A DNA stretch of 40,208 bases. Source: Jimgerdemannia flammicorona. Taxonomy: Eukaryota. Where the stretch lies: the NCBI GenBank assembly GCA_003990765.1, contig RBNJ01000125.1:1-40208 (forward strand), written 5' to 3'. The position numbers and the translations under genes were made by a program. Numbering within the stretch: the stretch's first letter is position 1; each line of letters starts with the position of its first letter. Under the pieces are notes generated by a model that was not told the DNA's origin, ran no database searches, and saw only the letters and a program-made list of their open reading frames with translations. Positions 24,232 to 35,444 of the stretch are shown here, one piece after another.

Positions 24232-26262
24232 ATGGCAATCAACGAGCATCCAGAGGTGCATACTGGGCAGGGTGGCCCTGGAGCATTTGAATGGCAGCAA
24301 GTGGAGAGAGGCCCTGGCTTGGGGGGAAGTATGAGGGGCCTGCTCATAGGAGACCACAGTGGAGGAGGGGGAGGAGCTGGAGGTCAAGGGTCTGACAGAG
24401 TGAGCTTTGCGGAGAAGATGAAGGGAGATCGGCAGGGAGCTGAACTGGAGAGCTGGCTGAGAGGGGGGAAGGTACCGATGAAGGCTACCAGGCAGCAACC
24501 TCTTGGAGGTTCCTCTCTGGAGGGCTATAGGAGTGGAGCTGGGGGAGTAGCAGCTGAGGTGGGGACTGCTGATGGGGGTATGATGGGCGATCTGAAAAAA
24601 AATCTAGATGGGACTGCTGATGGTAAGCCAAGTGGTGGGAAGGGCATGAGGCCTGGGGACCTGGCAGATGGTATAATGGGACTAGTGGTGGCTCCGTTAC
24701 TCAAGAAGTCGATCTCGGCATTTGCAGTCACACTGTGCTTCCAGGGCTTAGTGGTGATGGTGAAAATGGTGTTGGGGCTTATCGCTAAGCAGGTAGCAGG
24801 AGCGGCTTCAGTGAAATTTCTGAAGGGGCTGGAGGGGGTGGAGGTGGGTTTTGAGGAGGTTGAACCGCTGGAGGAGGCACTGAAGGTTGGGTTAGTGGTT
24901 GGGGAGGTGTGTATTCCAATGGCGAGATGTTTGAAATAGGATCCGAGGGTGGTCCAACTGCTAGTGAAAGGAGTACCCATGGTGACGGTGATGGAGACAA
25001 GGAAGAGAGTGGAGGATGTTATGGCAGAGTACAGAGAGGTGGTGGATATTGGATTCAGGGTCTGGGAAGGGACCTCGCTCAGGACTAGAGATGTGGATGT
25101 GAGGATTCGGCTGGCTGGGAAAGAGGCTACTGGGAAGATGAGGGACTGGCCTTCGGTGATGGTTTGGAGAGCATTCCTGTACAAGGTGACATGGGTGAAA
25201 GGAAGTGAAGAAGAGAAGGAAGATTTATTGGAAATGCTGGAGGAGCTGGATGGGGCTGTGGAATGGCGAGCTAAGGCTTGGAAGACTTTCGAGGAGTTGA
25301 CGCACCTGGAGGTAGTGGATGGAAAGAGGATTCAAGTGGACAAGGTGCAGTGGGAAAGGGCTCAGGGGCAGAAGAGGCAGAAGGATCTGCTGGCTAAACT
25401 GGGGGGTGGACCACAGAAGGATGCGAGCATGATGATGGGTACAGGAGGGGCCAGAGCGAGTATCTGGGCTGGTGAGAGAAGTGGGAACAATAGGGCAAAG
25501 ACAGGGAAGGCAAAAGAGGTGAAGATTAGTGACCCATATGCTGATGGCACCTTGGAGGTCTGGGATGAAGTCTGGGAGAACTCCCCCACCCCTTCCCCTC
25601 TTATCAGGCATGGCCCGGCTTCCAGGCACAAGTCTGGGGAGGATGTGATGATGCTGGGGACCCAGTAGGTGAAATTCAGCATTCCGGAGGTAATGGATGG
25701 AGACCAAGTAGTGGCAGCTGGGGAGGAGGAACTGGTGGATGTCCCGGAGGTGTGGGATGAGGATGCGAGTACTGGAGCTGACACCACGATGCTGGATGGA
25801 GGGAGGCTGGTGACCCCAGGTGGGAAGGAGGTGGGGAATCTACTTTGGATGTGCCGGATGATGAATAACCTGGCGGTGGAAGAGCTGGGAGAGGTGGATT
25901 TGCGGGGGATGAGTGATGAGCACTGGACAAGAATTTTGCAGGGGGAAGGAGTGGTGATGGTGCTGAAGGCAGAAATTCTTGTGGTGTATCTGGAGGAGAA
26001 AGGGTATGAGGTGGACAAGGAGAGGGAGACAGAGTTGGCAGTTATCGCTGGGGAGAAGGCTGAGTACTGTTGGAACAGGTGTCATGGGTTGCAGCTTTGG
26101 CAGGAGGCTTGCATTGAGTATAGAGAGGAGTTTGAGGAAAAGGCTGATGAGGAGATGAATGAGCTATTGGCTGGACTGGAGGCTCAGAGGGCTGAAGAGG
26201 AGGAGGTGATGGCGGAACATAATCTGGACATGGCATAGGAGGAGATGGGCATGGAGCAGTAG
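24232..26262 (+). pseudogene. LINE ORF1 (~676 codons, three premature TAG stops)
   Basis: ORFs at 24232, 24949 and 25669 are in the same frame, separated by TAGs; the TAG at 26236 is CAG in the second copy (~36428). Confidence 0.8.
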
Positions 26263-26292
26263 AGATGGATTGCGAACAAACTGTATTTCATT

Positions 26293-29200
26293 ATGAACAG
26301 TACAACCAACATTTTTTCTTTGAACGTGAATGGGCTGAGGGGCACAGTTAGATGCAGGAACATTTTTATCTGGTTGAAGGGATTGGAGGCCGATCTCTTC
26401 CTCTTGCAGGATGTCAGGTGCGAGGATGATTCTGATAGAATGGAATGGTCTAAGGAATGGGGTGGTATGGCGATTTGGAACAGCAAGGTCAGGATTCTGG
26501 TTCAGAAAGGCAGAGGGGAGATAAGGGATGTGAGGAGCTGGGGGGAGAGACTGGTCTGGGGTGAGTGGATTTGTGCAGATTGGGAGCCAGTCACAGTTGG
26601 CTCTTGTTACTGCCCTGCTGTGCAGGGGGAGCATGTGGATTGGGTGAAAGGGCTCCTGAAGAGTGGGATCCTTGCTAAAGCTGGGTTGGATATGCTTGGA
26701 GGAGATTTCAATATGGTTCAGGATGTACAGCTGGATCAAACTGATGGAGGACGGGGTGCTGAGAGCAGGAGTGGGGGGCTGGTAATGTGGGAGGAGGTCG
26801 AGAGGCTAGGAGCACTGGTGGATGCTGGTAGGGAGTACTGGGGGAACAGGAGGGTCTATACACATTGGGCTGGTGGTCTGGGAACAAGGATTGACTGGAT
26901 GCTGACAGCCGACTGTTGGGGCCGCAATGTTTGGAAGGTGCTAGAGGTAGAATGGTGTCCATGGTCAGATCACTGGGGCCTTTTGGGACAGGGGTGTTTT
27001 GGGGGAAGTGGTGATGGGCCTGGACATTGGTACCTAAATTCCTCCTTGTTGGAGGATGAGTCCTGGTGGGAGGAGTGGGCGAAAGACATTCAGCTGAAAG
27101 TGGCAAATTGGCAGCAGGAAGGGGCCGAAATTGGGGTTCAGTGGATAAGGATGAAAGAGATGGCCAGGATGTATTGGAGTGAGACTGGCAGAGAGGCTGG
27201 GAAGCAGCGAAGGTAGAGAGTGCATTGGGCTTCTACTAGATTGGCTAGGCTCCTGGAGGAGTGGGCGAGACTGGTAGTCATAGAGGGAGTAGAGAATTGG
27301 AGAATAACGAGGGTGAAGATAGAGGTTGGGGAACTACAACAGGTGCTGCGGGAAGAGGAAGAGTCAAGAATACAAGGCCTGGTGGCACAGCTTCATTGGC
27401 AGGGGCTGGAAGAAGAGGAGAGGCCTTCCAAGTTTCTCACAAGGACACTTTGAGTGAGAAGGGTACAGCAGTGGTGGGAAGGGGTACTTGACTCAGATGG
27501 TATGCTAGTGCATGGTGTACAGGATATCCTTGGAATGCTGAAGGCGTGATGGAGTAGATTGTGGAGTAAGGAGGAGGGTGGGGCAGATGCTATAGCTATT
27601 GACCAAACATTAGAAGATTGGCACCCACTACAAACTGAGGGATTAGGTGACCTGGTGATGTTTGTAAAGGAGGAAGAGATCCACTAGATTCTTGCCGTGA
27701 CAGCCTCGGGTATGGCGCCTGGGGAGGATGGCCTCCCCTGGGACTTCTGGAAGTAAATGGTTGGAGTCTTGGGCATGTTGGGGGAGTTGACAGCACTGTG
27801 CGACTCTATATTGCAGTCAGGGAAATGGGTGGGGGAGCAGGATCTTGGGCTGGTGATGCTGCTTTATAAGAACAAAGGAAGGTGAGAGGATTGGAAGAAC
27901 TGGTGGCTGATAATGTTGCTAGATATGGACAGAAAGTTAGTGACTAAGGTGGTGGTCGCAAGGCTACAGAAGGTGGCCCAGCAAATTGTGGGTGTTGAGC
28001 AGAGGGGCTTCATAGGGGGTCAGCTTATTAGAGATGGCACAGCCTGGGTACATAGAGTTATTGAAGGTACTTGAGCCTGTGGACTGGATGGGCATCTTGT
28101 CTTCTTGAACCAGGAGAAGGCTTATGACCGGATGTGGTGAGTCTGGCTGGCGAAAGTATTAGATAGAATTGGGGTTCTGGTCCCATTTCAGTTAGCGATG
28201 GTCAGCCTACTGGAAAGGAGTAGGGCTGTACTTGTGTGTAATGGGCATAGAGGGGTAGCATTCCCTCTAGGTAGGGGAGTGCCCCAGGGGGACCCATTGT
28301 CCCCCATTTTGTATGCTCTTTCCCTGGAACCTCTCATGGACAGGATTTGGCAGAGGATAGTGGGGCTCTCTATCTATGGCATTGGCTGGAAAGTTGGAGC
28401 CTTTGCAGATGACATGGTGGTTGGGTTGAGAGTGACGGCAGATGTTGAAGAGCTCAAGAAGACAGTGGAGTGGTATGAGGAGAACTCTGGGGCAAAGCTG
28501 AATTGGCATAAGTGCAAAACAATGGTACTGGGCAATGACCTGGTGGGCGGAGAAGTTATTAGAACAATTGTCCCCACCGGAGAGGCAGTGTGGTACTTGG
28601 GCATTTATTTGTCGGTCTATGGGTCTGTTCTGCCCAGGCTGTGGTGGGAGCAGAGGATTGGAATTTGGGAGGAGGACCTGCAGGGTTGGGGGGGAAGACA
28701 CTTCTCTCTGGTAGGAAGGATCTCAATTTTGAATGTATACTGGCTGCCGAAGCTGTGGTACTTGGCTTATCATCTGGACTTCCCAGCCTGGGTGGTGAAG
28801 AGATTGGTGAGGGTGGCCAAGGGATGGATTTGGGCTGGCTGACAGAGTCAGATTGGTTGGGAGACTTTGTCCCTACCAGTGGCAAGAGGTGGTCTTGGGC
28901 TGGTAGACTTCCCCAAAAGACTACACTGCTTGAGAGCATGGTGGCTTTGGAGGGCAGTGGAGTTGCATGGAGGGGACTGGGTTCCCCTACTGCAGAAGGT
29001 TTGGGAGAGGCAGACATCTCCAAGAGGCTTGACTGGTGATCTTCTTTCATTAGTTGGGCTTCAGAATACTGTACAACTGAGATATAAAGGCTTCTGGTGG
29101 GGGATAGCTGAGGGAGCATACCGCATTGGTATTTGCTGGCAAGGGGATGAGGGGGAGAGGGCTTGGGGCCTGGCGATGTAGAGATGGAATAGCATTCTTC

Positions 29201-29949
29201 TGGGAGGCATGCCTTTACTTGAGTTCGATATTGGTGATGGAATCGAATGCCAAAGGGGACCAGGCCAGGATCTGTGGCCTAGTGGTTGGCAAGGAGTAGG
29301 AATTGGTGAGGAGTGGGACTGGCATGGGGTCTGGACCTGGAGTGCCGCAGTGAAAAATTGGATGCCGCCGAAGTACTGGGTGGTTTGGTGGCATGTGCTG
29401 AGGAGGAATGTGATGCTTAACTTCCGCTCAGGACACCTTGTAGTAGGGAGCTGCTTTGACTGTGAGGAGTGCCATAATGTAGGGTAGGAAGGGAGATTTT
29501 TACAGATGCCGAAACATTGGCTAGGGGAGTGTAAGGTATTGGGGGACTTTTGGCAGGCTATTGGGGACCGCTTGGGGGTACAGCATAGGGGTGATAATAT
29601 ATGGGGGAAGTGGGAGGACCTGAGGGATCAATTGATAGGAGGGGTAGGGGAGGAGTGGATTACTCTAGGCTGGGCATTGGCTATTTGGGTTGGGCTGGCC
29701 AGCCACTGGCTATTTGTATTTGAGGAGGAGAGGAGACAGAGCTTGGGGAGCAGGTTATCATGGTGGCAGTGCCTTATGGAGGATACCTTGACAGGCTGGT
29801 GGCTTGATTGGGGGCCGCAGGGGAGTCGGAGGCACTGCTTGGTGGTGAAAATCTGTGGTCAGAGTGGTGGAAGAGTTGGAGTTGTTGGTGAGAGGGTGGT
29901 CTTTATATATGAAGAGGTGGGGAGGGGCCCCTCGATGGGGATCAGATAG
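26293..29949 (+). pseudogene. LINE ORF2: APE endonuclease, reverse transcriptase, C-terminal Cys/His knuckle
   Basis: SLNVNGL, LLQD, GGDFN, RIDW, SDH (APE); NQEKAYD, GVPQGDPLSP, FADD, YLG, GGLG (RT); CEEC...HWLGEC. In-frame stops present. Confidence 0.95.
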
Positions 29950-30007
29950 TGGGTGGTGCTATTGTATACTTATTCATAGACTGGTAATAAAGACGGAGTC
30001 CAAGGGA

Positions 30008-30044
<37 letters not shown>

Positions 30045-30045
<1 letters not shown>

Positions 30046-31134
30046 AATCTCTATATAGTATGATGATTTCCAAAAGTATGTGATTTCTGGCATGATGATC
30101 TTGTGTAGCATGATGATCTTCCTTACTGAGAATTGTACTAGTGGCAGATTCTTCACTGAGAACAGATAAATAACTTGGATATCATGGATTCTTTCTGAAT
30201 CAGCAGCTTTAACTGGGAATGTGGCAGATAACTTAGAAATGGTGAATGATATAGCTTCAGCTTCAACTAGAAATACTACTTGAATGGTGTGAGTTCTTCT
30301 GAATCAGGCTCTTCTGGGAATATGATGGTGCAGATTCTTCTGAATCAGTGGGCTTCTGGAAAATAACTCAGATGGCACGGATTCTTCCTGAATCAGCAGC
30401 TTCAACTGGGAAATGTGCTGGCAGTTTCTTAGAAAGAGTCTCTTAGCAAAGTTGCATCAAAGACTGGCTTCATTTATACAAATGGATTACTGCAAAGTTG
30501 CATCAGAAACTGGCTTGAGCAAGGCAGCTTTCTGAAAATGTGGTAAATAACTTGGAAATAGCAGTGAAGTTCTCCTTGAACTTGGTAGTAAACTTGGATT
30601 CTTCAGGCTTAGTCTGGCAAGTATACCAATAGCATGGCTTATTTCTTAAGTGACAGGTTCTTCAGACTTAGTCTGGCAAGTGTATCAATAATTCCAAAGA
30701 CAGCAAAGTTCTTTACTCAAACTTGGTAGCAAAATCTTCAAGCTTTGTATCAGAAAGTGGACCAGAGTGGGAATAAGAGGACCAATGCTCAATCTTTAGA
30801 GGCTTCTTTGGTTTGTACTTCAATTCAGACTGAGGTTTATTCACTCTTGTCTCTAGAGTAATTTATACAAATTGGTTGCTATCTGGTTACTATGTGGCTA
30901 ACTATAGATTTGCTACTTATGACAAGTATATAGAGTCTGTATGGTGTACAGGACCTGTACAGTGTACAGAGTCTGTACAGTATATAGAGTCTGTACAGGT
31001 AAACAGACCCTATCTGGTATGTCTGGCTAATTATACAAATTGGTACAGTAAAGCAGTCTTAGTTACCTAGTATACCTGTTATGATATATATGACTATTTT
31101 GTAATCTGGTAGTTCAATTCTGCCACTTATCACA
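30045..31134 (-). repeat. Element C 3' LTR, U3/R portion with internal repeats
   Basis: Starts TGTGATAAG after the PPT; 4 x 18-bp units at 30925-30996; repeated gattcttctgaatcag(cagcttcaactggg) blocks at 30185-30415. Confidence 0.78.
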
Positions 31135-31174
31135 TTAGCCCCCACTAAAGAATGATCTGTCCTCAGATTGTTCT

Positions 31175-31678
31175 TTAGTCATCATCCCAATATGTATATG
31201 TATCTTTGGTATCAATATCTATTCTATCATATTCATTGTCTATACTAGGGTCACTCTATTCTATGGGCTCTTCTTCTTCTTCAGGGAATAGAATTTTGAT
31301 AGAATTGATGAGGCTCAAATAGGTAATAGGGTTCATTCCTTGAATGTCATTCAGGAAGAACTGTGTCTGTGTCAGAGCTGTGACATTTCATTTGTAAATG
31401 GTGTATAGTCTATTTGTAGCAGTAGTGTCTCTTCTGGTCAGACCTGTGGTGTTCCTGATGTAGATCTGCTCCAGGGTTGGGAGGTTTTGCAATTGTTCAC
31501 TGATTGTATAATAGGCCTGCAGTTGGTGGATTTGTAGTAGGCATCTGGCTAGGGTGAGATTTTCTTAGTGAACTTGGATCTTCTGAAAGGGGTTTCCATT
31601 AGCTTGGCTGAATTGGGGTAGAGGAACTGGTAGGGCCTGAAAGGAGCTGAGAACCAATGTCTGAAGGTACTGATCAAT
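31175..31678 (-). pseudogene. Element C accessory ORF3 (start codon lost at the deletion junction)
   Basis: IDQYLQTLVLSSFQAL...QLQAYYTISEQLQNLPTLEQIYIRNTTGLTRRDTTATNRLYTIYK...EEEEEPIE.SDPSIDNEYDRIDIDTKDTYTYWDDD* in one frame. Confidence 0.75.
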
Positions 31679-32075
31679 CCTTTGGCTTGCCTTGTTCCTT
31701 CAGTCAGTTCAGATACTTCCTGTAATTGTGGGGTCCTGACCTTCATGAAGACTGCTTGTACAATCTTCTGTCCTCTAATGATTCGGTGCCATTCTGCACT
31801 ACTATTGTATAGGATAACCTTGATCTCACCTGTATATCCTGGGTCAATGGTTTCTCCTTCTATAGTTATTCCTTGTCTGGCAAGTCTAGACCTTGAGGTC
31901 AATTGGATGTAAACTCCTTGGGGTGGCTGTATGGCCAATCTGGTTCTGATCATGAAGGTTTTTCCAGACTTAATAGATTCATCCTCCAGACTGTGTAGAT
32001 TATACTCTATATCCTCTGGGTGGGCTTTGGTCAGAGGTTTGGCCTTGGGATGTAGCAGGGCATACTGAGTAATGT
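31679..32075 (-). pseudogene. Element C dUTPase (motif 5 truncated)
   Basis: LLHPKAKP, EYNL, SRSRLA, EGETIDPGYTGEI, KIVQAV, RQAKG. Confidence 0.9.
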
Positions 32076-33359
32076 CCTTGCTGAGTTTGGGCTATCCTAG
32101 GGCTGAAGCTCTACTAGCAAAGAGCCTCCAGGCTCTGAGGTTGAGGTGTGGCCATCTGGCTCCAGTAGAGGGGTCTCAGAGATAGTTTATTCCTCTTCTT
32201 CCTGTAGGGTCTAGGGCTTCTATGAAGTTGGTGGCATCTTCTGTCCATTCTTGGCAAATTGTATATCTGATGAAAGCTAGGATGTCTTCTCCTAAATCAT
32301 AGATCTTAAGGGTCCTCTTTCCTAGCTTTTTGGTCTAGCTTTTTCATATCTGGCTTCAGTTATCTCCTCTTTTCAAAGTGTGAACTGCAACATCATGACT
32401 GAGATGGATCTTCTGATGCCTGCAGTCTCGGCAGTCTAGATGTCTCCTATGGTTGCAATATCCCATTGCTCAAAAATAATGTTCCCATTTGTTGATCTCT
32501 TATTGTTTTGGGAATTGGTACCCATCTTGATCATAAGTGGGTAGAAGAGTAGACAAGAGATATACTTCTGTCTGGGTGAAGAGGTCTTGTCCCCTAAATC
32601 AGCTTTGCAACTTGGTGGTAACTTCTTGAAAGGTGGTTGACTGTACAAGTGTAGTTGGGGGTTCTGGTCTCTGGGGTCACTGTTTTTCTTGTTGGTCCAA
32701 CAGATGACACTGATAACAGTAGTCTTGGGGAGAGTGGAAGACCATTTGGTGTGGATATCTTCCTAGCCAAAAAGCTTTTTCTTGATGAGTTTCTTTCTTG
32801 GGAATAATAGTGATTGTACTGGGTTCTTCTTCTATATTCTAAGGGTCATTATCTTTGGGTGGTATCCAGCAAGAGTCATTCCAGGGAATGAGTTCAGAGA
32901 CTTCTTCCTCTTCAGATACTTCTTGTTCAGGAACTTCTTAGTCAGGAACTTCTTCTTTCTCAGATGATTCTTGTCCCCAAATTGCTTGCACTTCTGTAGC
33001 TTTAGTTGCAGGTGTTTCTGGAACATGTCTACATTTCTTCTTCTTTCTTCTGCACTCTGGGCAGGCTGTACCAGGCGATTTTCTTATTCCCATGATCTTG
33101 GAGGAATACTCAGAATACTTGTGTCTCTTGAGGCAGGTAGGGCATTCTTTGATTTCTCCTGCAATGGCTCCAATGGCAATAGGGATAGTATTCTTGGCCC
33201 ATATATTGTCTTCTGGTCTGTCATCCACCAGGTTAATTTGGGAATTGAGTTGGAGATCATTTCCATCTTCAGATTCTTCCTCTTCTTCTGTGGTAGATTC
33301 TTCACTACTGGCATATTCCTCCTGAATAGTGACCTTCTTTTTCTTCTTTGATTGCTCAT

Positions 33360-33735
33360 AGCTGGTTATCTTAACTCTATACTTCTTGCCTTGATAGTCA
33401 AACTTGAGTACTTGTTGATTAATATCAACAACTGCATTTATTTCCTTCATTCAGTTGGTGCCAAGAATCATATCATAGGTGATAGCTTTGGTAACAACAG
33501 CTTTTGGGATGGAGAACTGAATGTGTCTAAGAGAGATGGTGATATTTCATACTTCTCCAAGGGGTTGAGTTCGGGCTCCATCTGCTACTATAATGCTGAG
33601 GTTGGATGGTCCATCAATGGGTCATTGGAGGGTGTCCAGGAATCATTTAACAATGATACAGATAGCTACTTCTGTATCTATGAGGATTTTCACTTTTTGT
33701 CCTCCAATATCTCCTTATAAATAGGTACTGATATG
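33360..33735 (-). pseudogene. Element C aspartic protease
   Basis: ILIDTEVAICII (eroded DTGA), ADGARTQPLG, YDMILGTN. Confidence 0.8.
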
Positions 33736-34299
33736 TCTTTCTGCAGCCTGAATAGGAATGGATACTAGTTCTTGCTGTGGGATAGGAACTTGGCCAGTGC
33801 TAGACCTGATGGTTCTCAATAATTTATTTCGGACTCCAGCTAGTGTCAGTTGCAGGAACTGCAGGAGAGAGACTTCCATCTTGGCTTCTTGAATCTTCTG
33901 CCAGGCTTCATTGTAGATATCTCTAGGTATGGTTTTTGGGGTGTACTTCTTCTTGAACTTTGAAGCAGCAGGTTTCTATTCTTCTTGTTCCATTTCTTCA
34001 TTCTCTGGTGGTTGCTCATTTGTCTCAGAGATAAAAGGTGAAGGAGTTCAGAGAGATGTTTCTACTTATTCCTCTTCATGTTCTTCATCTTCCTCTTGGA
34101 TGATTCTTCTGCTAATATTCCTAGATGGTCTTCCTACAGATCTCTTTCTTTTCTCTACTGGATAGACTGTTTTCTGAGTTGTAATCTTGGTGGAATATAA
34201 GTCCAGATCACTGTAGTCTTCACTGTTACTTGCCTCTTCGAAATCTTCAATAGAGTGAGCTTCAGTATTTTTGTACTGGATGTCATTCCTTTGGTTTGA

Positions 34300-35440
34300 T
34301 GATTCTGAGTCCCTTCAGTCACTTCTTTTGTTGTCACATTCAGTGGCATAGTATCCAAATTGTCCACAGTGGAAGCATTGGACTTGGGCTCTGTCTTGAA
34401 CAAGATGTCTTCTTTCTTCTTGCTGGTAGTTCTTGTTATCTCTTAGTAGGTAACCTTGGCTCCTCTGTGGTGGGTATCCTCTGTTGTCTTGGTAGCTCTG
34501 ATTTTTATATGTGGTGAGTTTTTTAATCTGTCCAACCAATCAGTCCAATTTGGAGCTGAGGTCTTGGATTTTGCTTCTGCCCTTTTTTCCTTCCTTGGCT
34601 GGCCTTCTTTCTTCAGATCTTTCTTGTTCTTGAAGGAGTCCTTGTAGGGCTTTGACCAGGATATCTTTTTTATCTTCTTTCTTGTCATGATTACTCTATG
34701 TAGTTCCTTGTCTGACATCAAAGAATCCTTGGACTGCATCTACTTGCTCTTCAGACCTTCTGATATCTAGGGTGCAGACATGCTGGGCAATGTTCAGGGG
34801 AATTCCATTCATGAAGGTCATTGGACCTATAATGTCCTGATTAGTGGCATTGAACCTGGCAGCATACATTCTCTTCTGAATTCTTATAAAGAAGGCTCTG
34901 GGTAATTCTCCAAGATTCATCTTCATCCTTATGATAAATTCTTGAGCCTTGTAGTGGGTTTCATTTCCTACATACTTTTCAATGATCCAGTGGACCATGG
35001 TCTCATATTATAGCTTATAAGACATTGCTGCTTGTATCTGTCTCACTAGTTCTGAATCTGGATTATTTGTTATTCAGTGAAAAATTCCTCTAGCTGGTTC
35101 TCTGAGCTAAGCCTTATAGATGGTGATTTTTCTTTCATCTGAGAGATTCCTCATAGCTGCAATTCCTTCAATTCCATCAAGAAATTCTCTGGGATCTTCC
35201 TCTGGATATCCTGCAAAGGTTGGCAATGAGGTGGTCATTTCATTATCACTTTCTTCTGATTCTGGTTCTGGTTTAGATTCTGATTCCGATTCACTTTCTG
35301 AGCTATTACTGGAGATGGGGGTGCTTGGATATCTTGAGGATGATGTTCTGGACCTTAGATGAAGTGGAATAAGCCTAGGTATTCTTGTAGAAGCTACTTC
35401 CAATTCTGTAAGAAGTTGTGGTAGAGGTTCTATTGGTGAG
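34300..35440 (-). pseudogene. Element C gag with zinc knuckle
   Basis: MTTSLPTFAGYPEEDPREFL (ATG ~35238; may extend upstream), TFMNGIP, CFHCGQFGYYATEC. Confidence 0.85.
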
Positions 35441-35444
35441 ATTG

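Larger units (their letters stand above)
24150..30044 (+). mobile_element. Full-length L1/Tx1-like LINE; youngest element in the window
   Basis: 82-nt 5'UTR, ORF1, ORF2, AATAAA at 29986, 35-nt poly(A) at 30010-30044, 15-bp TSD aacaatctctgtata (24135-24149) / aacaatctctatata (30043-30057); retains many CpGs. Confidence 0.95.
23802..35444 (-). mobile_element. Element C: non-autonomous Ty3/gypsy (gag-PR-dUTPase-ORF3-LTR; RT-RH-IN absent). Its 5' LTR is not in the window.
   Basis: gag knuckle, PR, dUTPase, PPT at 31135-31146, 3' LTR 31134-30045 plus 24149-23802 (TGTGATAAG...TATTACA), interrupted by the full-length LINE. Confidence 0.82.

Noticed and set aside
24169-29119. Many long minus-strand Pro/Ser/Thr-rich ORFs
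   Set aside because: Antisense shadows of the G-rich LINE ORFs; no motifs.
26293-29949. Prokaryotic RT system (retron, DGR, group II intron)
   Set aside because: APE domain, poly(A), TSD and 5'-truncated copies are diagnostic of a eukaryotic non-LTR retrotransposon.
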